Positions 44,353 through 55,904 of a DNA stretch of 64,000 nt are shown here, in pieces. The stretch lies in the NCBI GenBank assembly GCA_047633055.1, contig JBLIEI010000014.1, positions 10,833-74,832 of the forward strand. The letters are read 5' to 3'. Each line of letters opens with the position of its first letter. Position 1 is the stretch's first letter. A program made the translations under genes and the position numbers. The notes beneath the pieces are model-generated. The model searched no databases, had not been told where the DNA came from, and saw nothing but the letters and a program-made list of their open reading frames with translations. The DNA comes from Halieaceae bacterium (GTDB lineage: Bacteria; Pseudomonadota; Gammaproteobacteria; Pseudomonadales; Halieaceae).

Positions 44353-46926
44353 TTAGTCCTCACCAGGCTCATTATCCTCTTCCACGAAGGCCACCACTTC
44401 GGGCTCATCAATGCGCTCGACGCTGACCAGGCTTTCACCTTCCTTGGTCCGAATAACGCGAACGCCCTGAGTGTTGCGCCCCAAAATAGAAACCTCGTCG
44501 GCACGGGTTCGAACCAAGGTTCCCTGGTTAGAGATAAGCATCAACTCATCGCCTTCAAAGACCTGAACCGCACCGACAAGATTACCGTTGCGGGCGCTGG
44601 TCGACATGGCGATTACGCCCTTGTTACCTCGTCCTTTAGTGGGGAACTCGGATGCCTCAGTACGCTTGCCGTAGCCATTTTCACTGACGGTAAGTACGCG
44701 ACCGGCTTCCTGCGGAATGATAAGGGAAATCATACGATGACCTTCGCCTAGACGAATGCCACGCACACCGCGAGCGGTTCTGCCCATGGCTCGCACATCC
44801 TCTTCCTTGAAACGGGCGGTTTTACCCTCGCTACTGAACAGCATCACTTCACAGCTACCATCAGTAATGGCAGTGCCGACCAGCACATCGCCCTCGTCGA
44901 GTTCCAGGGCCCTCAAGCCAACACTGCGCCGGCGGGCAAAGTTAGTCAACTCGGTTTTCTTCACAGTGCCATTGGCGGTCGCCATAAAGATGAAGTGACC
45001 CTCTGTATATTCGTCCACCGGTAAAATCGAGGTAACGCGCTCGCCATCCTCCAGCGGTAACAAATTCACCATAGGCCTACCGCGAGAGTTCCGACCCGCC
45101 AGGGGAATCTGGTAGACCTTCAACCAGTACACCTTACCCATATTAGAAAAGCACAGAATAGTGGCGTGAGTGCTGGCAATCAATAAATGCTCGACAAAAT
45201 CCTCATCTTTCACTGCAGTCGCAGACTTGCCGGTACCACCGCGACGCTGCGCCTGGTAATCGGACAGAGCCTGCGTTTTAGCATAGCCCCCGTGAGAGAT
45301 GGTGACCACACGATCTTCTTCGGTGATCAGATCCTCTACCGTTAAATCGTGCTGGGACGCGGTGATTTCAGTTCTACGCTCGTCCCCGAATTCCGCGACA
45401 ATCTCTTCCAATTCCTGGCGAATGACCAGCTTGAGGCGCTCGGTATCAGCCAGTATTTCCATGTAATCGGCAATCTCGACCAGTCGTTCCTGAAATTCGG
45501 CCAGCAGCTTTTCATGCTCGAGGCCAGTGAGGCGGTGCAGCCTTAATTCGAGAATGGCCTGAGCCTGAATCGGTGACAAATGATACTGACCGTCGTGTAG
45601 GCCGAAATGAGGATCGAGATTGTCGGGCCTACAGGCATCGGCTCCCGCCCGTTCCAACATGGTTAACACGTCACCCGCCGGCCAAGCACAGGCAAGTAAT
45701 TTTTCGCGCGCCTCAGCGGGGCTGGGCGAAGCCTTGATTAGGGCTATTATCTCGTCAATATTGACCAGCGCAATGGCCAGGCCTTCAAGAATATGACCGC
45801 GCTCGCGCGCTTTTCGCAGCAGGTAAACCGTTCTGCGGGTCACCACTTCACGGCGGTGCCGAATGAAAGCTTCTATAATTTCCTTCAGATTCAATATTTT
45901 TGGCTGGCCATCGACCAGCGCCACCATGTTGATGCCAAAAACCGACTGCAATTGAGTTTGCGCGTATAAATTATTCAGCACGACATCGCCAATCTCACCG
46001 CGACGCAATTCAATCACTACTCGCATGCCATCCTTGTCGGATTCATCGCGCAATTCAGTGATACCCTCAATCTTTTTCTCTTTCACCAGCTCGGCAATAC
46101 GCTCAATCAAGCGCGCCTTGTTCAGCTGGTAGGGAAGCTCGTGAATGAGGATGATGTCTTTACCGCGTTTTTCGTCGGTAATCACCTCCGCCTTAGCGCG
46201 AACATAAATGCGCCCCCGGCCGGTGCGATAGGCTTGAATGATCCCCGCACGGCCATTAATGATCGCAGCGGTAGGAAAATCGGGACCGGGTATGTGCTCC
46301 ATCAGGTCATCGACGGTCAACTCGGGATTAGCAAGCAACGCCAGCGTTCCACTGATCACCTCAGTGAGATTGTGCGGTGGAATATTAGTGGCCATACCAA
46401 CGGCAATACCCGAAGAACCGTTGATCAATAAATTAGGGACTCGCGTCGGCATAACCGCTGGAATGCGTTCGGTGCCATCATAGTTGTCGACAAAATCAAC
46501 CGTTTCTTTATCCAGGTCGGCTAAAATAGAGTGAGCAATCTTACGCATTCTGATTTCGGTGTAACGCATGGCTGCAGCCGAATCGCCGTCCACTGAGCCG
46601 AAGTTACCCTGACCATCAACCAACATGTAGCGCAGGGAGAAAGGTTGCGCCATTCGTACAATGGCTTCGTATACCGCCGAGTCACCATGAGGGTGGTACT
46701 TACCGATGACGTCGCCAACCACGCGGGCAGATTTTTTGTAGGATTTGTTCCAGTCGTTGTTGAGCTCATTCATGGCGAATAATACGCGCCTGTGAACCGG
46801 CTTCAGGCCGTCGCGAACATCCGGCAATGCCCTACCCACGATTACGCTCATTGCGTAATCCAGATAGGACTGTTTCATCTCGTCTTCAATATTGACGGGG
46901 ACAATTTCTTTGGCTATTTCACCCAT
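44353..46926 (-). CDS. gyrA: DNA gyrase subunit A
   Basis: [28 protein letters not shown] and the QRDR AAMRYTE context are present. Confidence 0.98.
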   Translation of the reverse strand: MGEIAKEIVPVNIEDEMKQSYLDYAMSVIVGRALPDVRDGLKPVHRRVLFAMNELNNDWNKSYKKSARVVGDVIGKYHPHGDSAVYEAIVRMAQPFSLRYMLVDGQGNFGSVDGDSAAAMRYTEIRMRKIAHSILADLDKETVDFVDNYDGTERIPAVMPTRVPNLLINGSSGIAVGMATNIPPHNLTEVISGTLALLANPELTVDDLMEHIPGPDFPTAAIINGRAGIIQAYRTGRGRIYVRAKAEVITDEKRGKDIILIHELPYQLNKARLIERIAELVKEKKIEGITELRDESDKDGMRVVIELRRGEIGDVVLNNLYAQTQLQSVFGINMVALVDGQPKILNLKEIIEAFIRHRREVVTRRTVYLLRKARERGHILEGLAIALVNIDEIIALIKASPSPAEAREKLLACAWPAGDVLTMLERAGADACRPDNLDPHFGLHDGQYHLSPIQAQAILELRLHRLTGLEHEKLLAEFQERLVEIADYMEILADTERLKLVIRQELEEIVAEFGDERRTEITASQHDLTVEDLITEEDRVVTISHGGYAKTQALSDYQAQRRGGTGKSATAVKDEDFVEHLLIASTHATILCFSNMGKVYWLKVYQIPLAGRNSRGRPMVNLLPLEDGERVTSILPVDEYTEGHFIFMATANGTVKKTELTNFARRRSVGLRALELDEGDVLVGTAITDGSCEVMLFSSEGKTARFKEEDVRAMGRTARGVRGIRLGEGHRMISLIIPQEAGRVLTVSENGYGKRTEASEFPTKGRGNKGVIAMSTSARNGNLVGAVQVFEGDELMLISNQGTLVRTRADEVSILGRNTQGVRVIRTKEGESLVSVERIDEPEVVAFVEEDNEPGED

Positions 46927-47226
46927 GTAAAATGATTTCCTTAACCTACACGACGAGGGCTGTTTTTATGTGGCTTGTTCCACCTGTTTTTGCTCTGTGA
47001 GACAGCGTTTAAACAGCTTTGCGCGCCCTCTAGCGCAAGCCGGAGATTATACGGAAACTGGCCCCCGACCGCCATGTTTTTACCAATTTCAGGCCACGGA
47101 GTAAGCCGCTTTTAGAGAATTGCGGTTATACTTTCGAGATGGCTCGCCCGGACTGGGTCAATCCGCCAGAATTGGCGTTTTTTTGATCATTATGCTGGCT
47201 TGTAAGTACACGAAAGAAGGGGTTTT

Positions 47227-48549
47227 ATGAACCGGGAACACACCGCTGTCGATACATTGCTGCACCCCGACTGGATCGTTCCCGTGGTGCCCGAAGATGA
47301 AGTCCTCGTAGGCCATAGTCTGGCTATCGCCGGGGGAAAAATTAGTGCCATCCTGCCGCGTGCACAAGCCAGTGTGTTAGAGGCGAAACAAGAGCTGGAG
47401 CTGCCCGGCCATGCGCTGTTGCCTGGGCTGATTAACGGCCATGGGCACGCAGCAATGAGCCTCCTGCGCGGCTTCGCTGATGATCTTCCGGTGATGCCGT
47501 GGCTGGAAAACCATATCTGGCCGGCGGAGGCAGATCACGTCAGTGAAGAATTCGTCGCCGATGGCGTTAAACTTGCTATTGCCGAAATGCTGCGCTGCGG
47601 CACGACCACATTCAGTGATATGTACTTCTTCCCCGATGTCACCGCAAAAATAGCCCGAGAAACAGGTATGCGCTGCCAGATCACTTTCCCTGTTTTCGAC
47701 TTTCCAACCATCTGGGCCCGCGACGCCGACGAGTATATCCGCAAAGGGCTGGACCTTAGGAATGGTCTTCAGCACGAAGGCCTGATCACCCTAGGGTTCG
47801 GTCCGCACGCGCCTTACACCGTGTCTGAGTCGAACCTGGCAAAAGTTGCCACTTTAGCAGCGGAGGCGGATATGGTGGTACAGATCCACCTGCACGAAAC
47901 GAGTGGTGAGGTGCTGCAAGCAGTGGAAGCACATGGGGAGCGACCACTGGATACCTTGCACCGGCTTGGCCTGTTAGGGCCTCGCACCCAGTGCGTGCAT
48001 ATGACCTCACTGGGGCAGCAGGATATCGAATTACTTGCTCGCACCGGGGCGCATGTAATCCACTGCCCACAATCAAATATGAAACTTGCATCTGGCACCT
48101 GTCCAGTGACAAAGTTACTGGCGGCGGGCGTAAATGTTGCATTAGGCACAGATAGTGCAGCCAGCAATAACGACCTGAACATGTTTGGCGAAATGCAGAC
48201 GGCAGCCTTGCTGGCAAAATTAGACAGTGGCAACGCCAGTGCATTACCCGCCGCCCAAGCCCTGACGATGGCGACTATCGCCGGTGCCAGAGCAATGGGC
48301 TTAGACGACAAAATCGGCAGTCTTGAGGTCGGCAAGCAAGCCGACCTTATTGCTGTGGATCTTAGCCAGCCAGAAACTCAACCAATGTATAATATCTTGT
48401 CGCAATTAGTGTATGCCTGCAATGGAAGCCAGGTCACTCACAGCTGGATCGACGGCAAACCGGTGATGCAACAACGTGAATTGGTCAATATCAACCAAAG
48501 CGAACTGGCGCAACAGGTCACTTACTGGCAACGTCAGATATCTTCATGA
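47227..48549 (+). CDS. TRZ/ATZ-family amidohydrolase, probable 5-methylthioadenosine/S-adenosylhomocysteine deaminase
   Basis: It has the metal-binding motif INGHGHAAMS and the HLHET context, and lies upstream of ubiG as in pseudomonads. Confidence 0.8.
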   Translation: MNREHTAVDTLLHPDWIVPVVPEDEVLVGHSLAIAGGKISAILPRAQASVLEAKQELELPGHALLPGLINGHGHAAMSLLRGFADDLPVMPWLENHIWPAEADHVSEEFVADGVKLAIAEMLRCGTTTFSDMYFFPDVTAKIARETGMRCQITFPVFDFPTIWARDADEYIRKGLDLRNGLQHEGLITLGFGPHAPYTVSESNLAKVATLAAEADMVVQIHLHETSGEVLQAVEAHGERPLDTLHRLGLLGPRTQCVHMTSLGQQDIELLARTGAHVIHCPQSNMKLASGTCPVTKLLAAGVNVALGTDSAASNNDLNMFGEMQTAALLAKLDSGNASALPAAQALTMATIAGARAMGLDDKIGSLEVGKQADLIAVDLSQPETQPMYNILSQLVYACNGSQVTHSWIDGKPVMQQRELVNINQSELAQQVTYWQRQISS

Positions 48550-48564
48550 GGAAATTAACCAGCA

Positions 48565-49275
48565 ATGACTAGCACTATTAATGTCGACCCCCAGGAGATC
48601 GCCAAATTCGAAGCACTGGCCTCTCGCTGGTGGGATCGCAACAGCGAATTTAAGCCGCTTCATGATATTAACCCGTTGCGAGTAAACTATATTGATCAAC
48701 ATTCACCTGTTGCCGGCCAACAACTGGTAGATGTGGGTTGTGGGGGCGGCATACTTGCCGAGGCCATGGCGCACAGAGGTGCCACCGTCACTGGCATCGA
48801 CATGGGTGAAGCGCCCTTGTCCGTGGCAAAAATACACCAGTTGGAATCCGGTGTATCGGTGAATTACCGACAATCAACAGCGGAGCAACTGGCCGAAGAA
48901 ATGCCCACCAGCTTCGACATCGTGTGTTGTCTGGAGATGCTGGAGCACGTCCCCGACCCAGCGGCGGTCATCGCAGCCTGCGCCGAAATGGCAAAACCAG
49001 GCGCCTCGCTCTATTTTTCTACCATCAATCGCAACCCAAAAGCCTTTGCGCTAATGATCGTCGGTGCCGAATATGTACTCAAATTACTGCCAGCAGGCAC
49101 CCACGAGTACACCAAGTTCATCAAGCCTTCTGAGCTGGCCAGTTGGTGCCGTGCAGCCGGACTGGTAATGGCTGATATGACCGGCTTGACCTACAACCCG
49201 ATCAGCAAGCGCTACCGACTTAATCCTCGTGACGTGGGAGTGAACTACATGGTTCGCGCGAAAAAACCGGCATGA
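48565..49275 (+). CDS. ubiG: bifunctional 3-demethylubiquinone / 2-polyprenyl-6-hydroxyphenol O-methyltransferase
   Basis: It has an EIAKFEALASRWWD start and the SAM motif VDVGCGGGILAE. Confidence 0.92.
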   Translation: MTSTINVDPQEIAKFEALASRWWDRNSEFKPLHDINPLRVNYIDQHSPVAGQQLVDVGCGGGILAEAMAHRGATVTGIDMGEAPLSVAKIHQLESGVSVNYRQSTAEQLAEEMPTSFDIVCCLEMLEHVPDPAAVIAACAEMAKPGASLYFSTINRNPKAFALMIVGAEYVLKLLPAGTHEYTKFIKPSELASWCRAAGLVMADMTGLTYNPISKRYRLNPRDVGVNYMVRAKKPA

Positions 49276-49946
49276 CCCAAATCCCCAAGCCACTCGCTGC
49301 CGTCATCTTTGACCTGGACGGCACACTTATCGATACCGCCGAAGAATTTGTTGTGGTGGTACAGGCCTTGCGCGCCGAACACAGCTTGGAGGCTATGGAT
49401 GCAGAACTGATTCGCGCCAATGTGTCGAACGGGGCCCGAGTGCTCACGCGGCTGGCGCTAGGTCTGGAAGAGTCGTCTCCAGAGTTCGACAGAAAATGGC
49501 AGCGTCTACTGACACTTTACAGCGAGATTATCGGCACCAGCGCTTGCCTTTATCCAGGTGTTCAACAGCTTATCGAGACTTTTGCCAAGAGAGGCATAGC
49601 CTGGGGAATTGCCACCAACAAGCCACGCGCCTATACCGAACCTCTACTAAAGAAGTTGAACCTGAGTCCCGCTCCCGGCAGCGTGGTGTGCCCGGACGAT
49701 GTGACCGATCGCAAGCCGCACCCTGAGTCCCTCTATCTCAACTGCCGTGAGCTCAATTGCTTGCCGGCTGAGAGCATCTATGTCGGCGACCACCGACGCG
49801 ATATCGAAGCCGGACGCCACGCGGGCATGTATACCGTGGCTGCTGCCTACGGCTATATCGAAGACCACGACGATCCGACCACCTGGGGCGCCAGCGCCAC
49901 GGTCAACGACAGCAATGATTTACAGGCTTTACTACTCGACGACTAA
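49272..49946 (+). CDS. HAD-superfamily phosphatase (phosphoglycolate phosphatase / MupP-like)
   Basis: Motif I is VIFDLDGTLIDT and motif IV is YVGDHRRDIEAG. The gene overlaps ubiG by 4 nt. Confidence 0.8.
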   Translation: MTQIPKPLAAVIFDLDGTLIDTAEEFVVVVQALRAEHSLEAMDAELIRANVSNGARVLTRLALGLEESSPEFDRKWQRLLTLYSEIIGTSACLYPGVQQLIETFAKRGIAWGIATNKPRAYTEPLLKKLNLSPAPGSVVCPDDVTDRKPHPESLYLNCRELNCLPAESIYVGDHRRDIEAGRHAGMYTVAAAYGYIEDHDDPTTWGASATVNDSNDLQALLLDD

Positions 49947-49969
49947 CCGGACGCCAGGACAACCCCGCA

Positions 49970-50725
49970 ATGACGCATGCAATACCACAACCCTATCTGC
50001 CGGATAACAACCTGCTCAAGGGCAAGGCCATTCTGGTGACAGGCGCCGGTGATGGCATTGGCCGCGCAGCCGCTCTCGCTTATGCAAATCATGGCGCAAC
50101 CGTTATTTTGCTAGGACGAACGGTTGCAAAACTGGAATCGGTATACGACGAGATTGAAGCGGCGGGCGGCGCCCAACCCGCTATTTTCCCACTGGACCTC
50201 AATACTGCGGGTAACGAAGAGGTCATCGACATGACCCGGGCGATAAGCGAGTATTTCGGTCACCTGGACGGCCTGTTACACAACGCCAGCGTGCTGGGCG
50301 AACGCCGTCCGATCGAGAGCTCAACATTAGCGGGGTGGCAGGAAGTTATGCAGGTCAACATCAACGCCCAGTTCCTGCTTACTCGCCATCTACTGCCACA
50401 ACTGCAGGCAGCGGCGAGTGCTTCGATTATCTTCACTTCCTCTAGCGTGGGTCGCAAAGGGCGAGCTTTTTGGGGTGCCTATGCGGTTTCTAAATTCGCT
50501 ACCGAGGGTTTCATGCAGGTACTGGCAGACGAGCTGGAAAACACCTGTAAGGTGCGCGTCAACAGCCTTAATCCTGGTGCAACTAACACCGCAATGCGAC
50601 GCATGGCCTATCCCTCTGAAATGCCCACCGAGAATCCCTATGCCGAGGACATCATGCCGGCCTATCTCTATTTGATGGGAGAGGACAGCGTTGGCGTCAC
50701 CGGGCAGGCGCTAAACGCTCAGTAA
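49970..50725 (+). CDS. YciK-family SDR oxidoreductase
   Basis: It carries VTGAGDGIGRAAA and YAVSKFA. Confidence 0.85.
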   Translation: MTHAIPQPYLPDNNLLKGKAILVTGAGDGIGRAAALAYANHGATVILLGRTVAKLESVYDEIEAAGGAQPAIFPLDLNTAGNEEVIDMTRAISEYFGHLDGLLHNASVLGERRPIESSTLAGWQEVMQVNINAQFLLTRHLLPQLQAAASASIIFTSSSVGRKGRAFWGAYAVSKFATEGFMQVLADELENTCKVRVNSLNPGATNTAMRRMAYPSEMPTENPYAEDIMPAYLYLMGEDSVGVTGQALNAQ

Positions 50726-50729
50726 ACAA

Positions 50730-51899
50730 CTAGAGCGCGGCCAGATCGCCGCTCACCGCCGCTCGGAATAATCGCTCCAGATCCTGGGCAGTGACTGGCA
50801 TCGCATTAGAGGCGGCACAAGGATCAAGCGCGGCCAGCTGACCTATCTCTACAGCACGAGCATCATCTACGCCAAGACCGGCCAGATTTTCTGGAATATT
50901 CAGTTGCAGTCGAAAATCAAACAAGAAATTGACGAACGCCTGGGCATCGCCGCCGGGAAGCTCTAGTACCCGCGACAGATACGCCAACCGATCCCCAATG
51001 GCGTCCATGTTCTGCATCACACCGTAGGGCAGCACAATGGCGTTGGTGAGGCCGTGATGCGTATTGTAAAGACCACCAACGACGTGGGACACAGCGTGAA
51101 TGGACCCCAGCCCTTTCTGAAAAGCGGTGGCGCCCATGGAGGCCGCCACTAGCATATTCCCTCGCGCCTCGACATTACCGCCGTCAGCGACTGCGATGGG
51201 CAGCCACTGGCGAATCATGCGCATGGCCTCGACCGCAATCCCCTGGGCGAGTGGATGAAAGCTGGGAGAGCAGTAGGCCTCAAGCGCGTGCACAAAGGCA
51301 TCGATACCGGTCCAGGCGGTGATGTTGGCTGGCAAGCCAAGGGTGAGGCAGGGATCGCTGATCACGATATTGGGTAACATACTGGGGTGGTAGATGATCT
51401 TCTTGCTAGCCGTTGCTGCATCGAGAATTATAGCTGCGCGACCCACCTCAGAGCCCGTGCCAGCGGTTGTGGGTAAGGCGATGACCGGCACCCAATGCTC
51501 CTCAGCGATTTCCGGCGCCTGGGTATCGCTAATCACAAAATCCCACAGCGGCAGCTTCTGCGGAGCGATTAACGCAATGGTCTTGCCCACATCAAGCGCC
51601 GACCCCCCCCCCACGGCAATCACACCGTCGTGCTGTCCGGACCTGAAGGCGGCAACACCGGCAGCCACATTGGCCGCCGTCGGATTGCCCTGCACCTGCG
51701 AAAATACCGCGGTGTGGATCGAGGATGACTGCAATACAGCCACCAGTCTGGCAATAATATCCAAATCAGCGAGACCCTCGTCAGTGACCAGCAGGGGCCG
51801 GTTCATCGCCAACACTTCGCAGGCTAAGGGGAGATCATTGGCCCGGTCGGTGCCGAACCAAATGTCGGTGGGAAAGCTCCACTGCGTGGCTTCAAACAA
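50730..51899 (-). CDS. iron-containing alcohol dehydrogenase
   Basis: It carries VIAVGGGSALDVGK and a His-rich metal site (HALEAY, HAVSH). Confidence 0.85.
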   Translation of the reverse strand: MFEATQWSFPTDIWFGTDRANDLPLACEVLAMNRPLLVTDEGLADLDIIARLVAVLQSSSIHTAVFSQVQGNPTAANVAAGVAAFRSGQHDGVIAVGGGSALDVGKTIALIAPQKLPLWDFVISDTQAPEIAEEHWVPVIALPTTAGTGSEVGRAAIILDAATASKKIIYHPSMLPNIVISDPCLTLGLPANITAWTGIDAFVHALEAYCSPSFHPLAQGIAVEAMRMIRQWLPIAVADGGNVEARGNMLVAASMGATAFQKGLGSIHAVSHVVGGLYNTHHGLTNAIVLPYGVMQNMDAIGDRLAYLSRVLELPGGDAQAFVNFLFDFRLQLNIPENLAGLGVDDARAVEIGQLAALDPCAASNAMPVTAQDLERLFRAAVSGDLAAL

Positions 51900-51911
51900 A
51901 CTCGGCCTCCT

Positions 51912-53279
51912 TCAGATAATCTCGAAGTAACGTTGCAACTGCCAATCAGTCACCGCGCGCCGTTGCTCGGTCTCCTCCCACTCACGGGTGTAGGCGTAAT
52001 GATCGACAAAAGCATCCCCAAACAAATCTCTTGCCGGATCCGAATGACGCAAGCGCGAGGCGGCCTCGCCAAGACTCCGGGGAAATTGCAAAGCACTTTC
52101 AAACTGCCTATCGTAAGCGTTACCCACTACCGGCTCAGCTGGCTCACATTGGTTCTCAATGCCCCAAAGGCCGGAGCCAATAGCCGCCGAAAGCGCCACA
52201 TAGGGATTGATATCTGCAGCAGCAACCCGGTATTCCACCCGCTGGGATTGCGCTGAGCCCGGAATTGCTCGAATCGCACAGGTACGATTATCGATGCCCC
52301 AGGATGCTGCCGTAGGCGCCCAGGCGCCCGGCACGAGTCGGGTATAGCTATTACAGGTGGACGCCACCATAGCCAGCAACTCGGGCATTAGTTTTTGTTG
52401 CCCGCCGATAAACCAGCGCATGGTATCGGACATACCCTGCGAGCCGCCCTCGTAGTAAAAGACATTGTTCCCCGCCTCATCGGCCAGAGACACATGGAGG
52501 TGACCGGATTGACCGGGATAGTCCGGTGACCACTTGGCCATGAAAGTCGCCATCAGGTCATTCTGCTGCGCCAATACTTTCATAAACGTTTTAAACAACA
52601 CCGCATCATCGGCGGCACGTAATGCGTCGGCATAGGTAATCGCAGCCTCTAATACCCCGGGGCCGGTTTCTGTATGCAAGCCTTCCAGGGGCATACCCAT
52701 ACTCTCGGCCATCGCCAGAATTTGGTGGTAAAGGTCTGCATGACTGGAGTTGCGAATAATGGAGTAGCCAAAGTTTGAAGGCGTCATTGGCCGCAGGTGA
52801 CGAAAGCCCTTATCGCGGATACTGTCCGGAGATTCCTGAAAAAGGAAGAACTCAAACTCTGCTGCGGCGCTGGCGTTCAGACCGTGATCGGCGAGTTTGG
52901 CGAGCACCCGCTTGAGGAGTGCCCGGGGGCAAACCGCGGCCGCGGAGGATTCACTGAAGTCTGCCAACAACAACAGTGACTCGCCGCCCTCAAGGGGCAG
53001 TGGTCTGCAGGTATTGGCATCGATCTGCGCCCAGGCATCGGGAAACGCCGTTTCCCAGCCGGTATAGGAATCCCGGCCGTATAACTGGTCGTCGCTGTCC
53101 CAGCCGAAGATAACATCGCAGAAACCAAACCCTTTGGTCAGCGCGCTTTCCAATTTGGCGCGACTGACATACTTGCCGCGTAACACGCCATCCAGATCGG
53201 TGACGCCTAATTTGATATTGGATATACCCAGCGCATCAACCTGAGCAAGTACACTTTTAGCTGCGGCGTGGTGATCCAT
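51912..53279 (-). CDS. glutamine synthetase family protein (gamma-glutamyl-polyamine synthetase-like)
   Basis: GS catalytic-domain motifs are present (HTETGPGVLE, GQSGHLHVSL). The start was trimmed to MDHHAAAK at 53279, since the longer ORF overlaps rluB. Confidence 0.8.
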   Translation of the reverse strand: MDHHAAAKSVLAQVDALGISNIKLGVTDLDGVLRGKYVSRAKLESALTKGFGFCDVIFGWDSDDQLYGRDSYTGWETAFPDAWAQIDANTCRPLPLEGGESLLLLADFSESSAAAVCPRALLKRVLAKLADHGLNASAAAEFEFFLFQESPDSIRDKGFRHLRPMTPSNFGYSIIRNSSHADLYHQILAMAESMGMPLEGLHTETGPGVLEAAITYADALRAADDAVLFKTFMKVLAQQNDLMATFMAKWSPDYPGQSGHLHVSLADEAGNNVFYYEGGSQGMSDTMRWFIGGQQKLMPELLAMVASTCNSYTRLVPGAWAPTAASWGIDNRTCAIRAIPGSAQSQRVEYRVAAADINPYVALSAAIGSGLWGIENQCEPAEPVVGNAYDRQFESALQFPRSLGEAASRLRHSDPARDLFGDAFVDHYAYTREWEETEQRRAVTDWQLQRYFEII

Positions 53280-53289
53280 AGTGCTTATT

Positions 53290-54171
53290 CTAGAATTTGC
53301 CCTGTTTACGAGCCTTACCCCGTCCACTTCGCTTACCAAACTGACGCTCCATGGTTTCACGTTCTTTGACGCTTCCGCGCTGCTGATCTTTGGTCGGCAG
53401 GTCAACCATGCGGTACAGGCCTTTAACCTCTTTACCCTCAAGCTCTACCCACTGGCCCTGCTTGACCTTGGACGGAATAAATACCTCACCGTAGCGCACG
53501 CGTTTCAAGCGGGACACAGTCAAGCCCTGCGACTCCCAGAGGCGACGCACCTCGCGGTTACGGCCCTCCATCAACACCACGTAATACCAACGGTTAATGC
53601 CCTCGCCTCCGGCATCCTGAATGTCGGTGAATCGGGCTACCCCGTCATCGAGCATCACGCCGTCTAGCATGTGCTTCATCATCTCCGGCGTCACATTGCC
53701 CATCACTCGCACCATGTACTCGCGCTCGATGTTTGCAGAAGGGTGCATAAGCACGTTGGCAAGTTCACCATCGGTGGTGAACAACAGCAAACCGGAGGTA
53801 TTGAAATCCAGTCGGCCAATGGATATCCAACGCCCGGCTTTGAGTTTGGGTAATCGCTGGAAAACAGTGCGCCGACCCTGGGGATCAGAGCGGGTACACA
53901 CTTCACCGGTGGGCTTGTGGTACAAAATACAACGGGTTTTTTCTGCCGGGGCAATATCCAGCGACTTCCCGTCCACAGCAATGCGATCTTTCGCCGTGAC
54001 CCGGTCGCCCAGCTTCGCACGCTGGCCGTTCACCGCAATCCGCCCTTCTTCTATCCAGCGCTCCATCTCTCGTCGGGAGCCTGTGCCACTGCGGGCCAGT
54101 ACCTTTTGGAGTTTTTCACCGGAAGGCGCGGGTACGGCGCCTGCCGCTTCTGTTTCAGTAGAAATAGCCAT
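53290..54171 (-). CDS. rluB: 23S rRNA pseudouridine synthase B
   Basis: An S4 domain ([20 protein letters not shown]), a [14 protein letters not shown] motif and a basic C-terminal tail are present. Confidence 0.9.
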   Translation of the reverse strand: MAISTETEAAGAVPAPSGEKLQKVLARSGTGSRREMERWIEEGRIAVNGQRAKLGDRVTAKDRIAVDGKSLDIAPAEKTRCILYHKPTGEVCTRSDPQGRRTVFQRLPKLKAGRWISIGRLDFNTSGLLLFTTDGELANVLMHPSANIEREYMVRVMGNVTPEMMKHMLDGVMLDDGVARFTDIQDAGGEGINRWYYVVLMEGRNREVRRLWESQGLTVSRLKRVRYGEVFIPSKVKQGQWVELEGKEVKGLYRMVDLPTKDQQRGSVKERETMERQFGKRSGRGKARKQGKF

Positions 54172-54182
54172 AATAATTCAGC

Positions 54183-54974
54183 TCAGGCCTGACGCTCGGG
54201 CTCGCTGGCACCCTCGGTTGGCTCTTCAGTTTCAGTAGTTTCTTCAACAACAGGTTGCTCTGCTGCAACGGATAATTCGGGCACGACGTCATCGTCGATG
54301 GCCGTATCAGTATCGAGCTGGTCGCCGACATTTTCGCCATCGACATCCGGATTGTGATCTGTCCCTCCCACTACAGTGAGCCCCGGTGCATCGCCCTCCG
54401 CTATTTCGCCGAGAACATCACTAAACCCCAATTCAGCGGTCAGCGTTTCAAAGTCACGAATTTCTGCCAATGACGGCAATTGATCAAGACTTTTTAGGTT
54501 GAAATAATCCAAAAACTGACGAGTCGTGGCATACATGGCGGGCCTCCCCGGAACATCGCGGTGACCCACGACTCTGATCCATTCGCGTTCATGCAGTGTC
54601 TTGACGATATTGGAACTGACCGCAACACCGCGAATTTCTTCAATTTCACCGCGAGTAATGGGCTGCCTATAGGCTATCAGAGATAGGGTTTCAAGTAGCG
54701 CTCGGGAGTATTTCTGCGGGCGCTCCTGCCACAATCGGGCTATCCAGGGACTTAGATTTTGCCGCACCTGAAAGCGAAAACCGCTGGCCACCTCCAGCAA
54801 TTCAAAGCCCCGATCATCACAGCGCCCGGCAACCTCTTTCAAGGCCTCGCGAATAGTGGCGGTGTCGGGCCGCTCGACCTCTTCAAACAGATCACCAATC
54901 TGGCTGACCGTCATCGCTTTACCGGCCGCCAGCAGCGCACCTTCTAAAATTTGAACCAAGCCTGTTTCCGCCAT
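54183..54974 (-). CDS. scpB: segregation and condensation protein B
   Basis: LEGALLAAGKAMT and ITRGEIEEIRGV motifs and an acidic C-terminus are present. The start was trimmed to 54974. Confidence 0.88.
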   Translation of the reverse strand: MAETGLVQILEGALLAAGKAMTVSQIGDLFEEVERPDTATIREALKEVAGRCDDRGFELLEVASGFRFQVRQNLSPWIARLWQERPQKYSRALLETLSLIAYRQPITRGEIEEIRGVAVSSNIVKTLHEREWIRVVGHRDVPGRPAMYATTRQFLDYFNLKSLDQLPSLAEIRDFETLTAELGFSDVLGEIAEGDAPGLTVVGGTDHNPDVDGENVGDQLDTDTAIDDDVVPELSVAAEQPVVEETTETEEPTEGASEPERQA

Positions 54975-54975
54975 G

Positions 54976-55866
54976 CTACTCAGACCTTGCCTTGATATGA
55001 ATGGGACCAAAATTCTCTGTCTGAACAATTTCCACCAGGGCCTCCTTCATCAGTTCCATGACGGCCAGGAAGGTGACCACTACACCCAAACGGCCCTCCT
55101 GAGCGGTAAACAGCGACACAAAAGGCACAAACTGCTTACCGGAAAGCGCGTCGAGCACCTGCGACATCCGTTCGCGAGTGGACAGCGCCTCACGCTGTAC
55201 GTGGTGACTCTCAAACATATCTGCGCGCCGTAGCACTTCACTCAACGCGACCAACAGCTCGCGCATATCCACTTCCGGGTCGGGCCGGGTACGATTGATC
55301 TCCGGCGGATTGGCGCTACCTATCCAGGTGTCGCGCTCCATACGAGGAATTTCCTCGATATCTTCCGCCGCCTTTTTAAATCGCTCGTATTCCTGCAAGC
55401 GACGAATCAGCTGCGCCCGCGGGTCTTCCTCGTCGTCTTCTATAACGGTTGATCGAGGCAGCAGCATGCGTGATTTAATTTCCGCGAGCACGGCGGCCAT
55501 CAACAGATATTCGGCCGCCAACTCAAATTGCACAGCATCCATCATTTCAACGTAGCGCATGTACTGTTCAGTGATCGCCGAGACATCGATCTCCAGAATA
55601 TCGAGATTTTGACGACGTATCAGGTAAAGAAGCAGGTCAAGCGGCCCTTCAAAGGCTTCCAGAAACACTTCCAGTGCCTGTGGCGGAATGTACAAGTCCT
55701 TGGGCAGCTCCGTAACTGCCTGTCCCATTACCACCGCGAAGGGCATTTCACCTTGTTGAGGGGTGACTATGGTGTTGGAAGTCTCGATTGTTAGCGGGGG
55801 CTGAAGTGTCTCCGTGCTTGCAGGAGAGCTGGGTTGAGCGTCCGGAGAGCTATCGTTCACTGCCAC
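54976..55866 (-). CDS. scpA: segregation and condensation protein A
   Basis: FEGPLDLLLYLIRRQNLDILEIDVSAITEQY is the ScpA hallmark. Confidence 0.9.
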   Translation of the reverse strand: MAVNDSSPDAQPSSPASTETLQPPLTIETSNTIVTPQQGEMPFAVVMGQAVTELPKDLYIPPQALEVFLEAFEGPLDLLLYLIRRQNLDILEIDVSAITEQYMRYVEMMDAVQFELAAEYLLMAAVLAEIKSRMLLPRSTVIEDDEEDPRAQLIRRLQEYERFKKAAEDIEEIPRMERDTWIGSANPPEINRTRPDPEVDMRELLVALSEVLRRADMFESHHVQREALSTRERMSQVLDALSGKQFVPFVSLFTAQEGRLGVVVTFLAVMELMKEALVEIVQTENFGPIHIKARSE

Positions 55867-55904
55867 TGTATTTCCTACGTTTGCCTAAGCCCCAGTATAC
55901 CCCA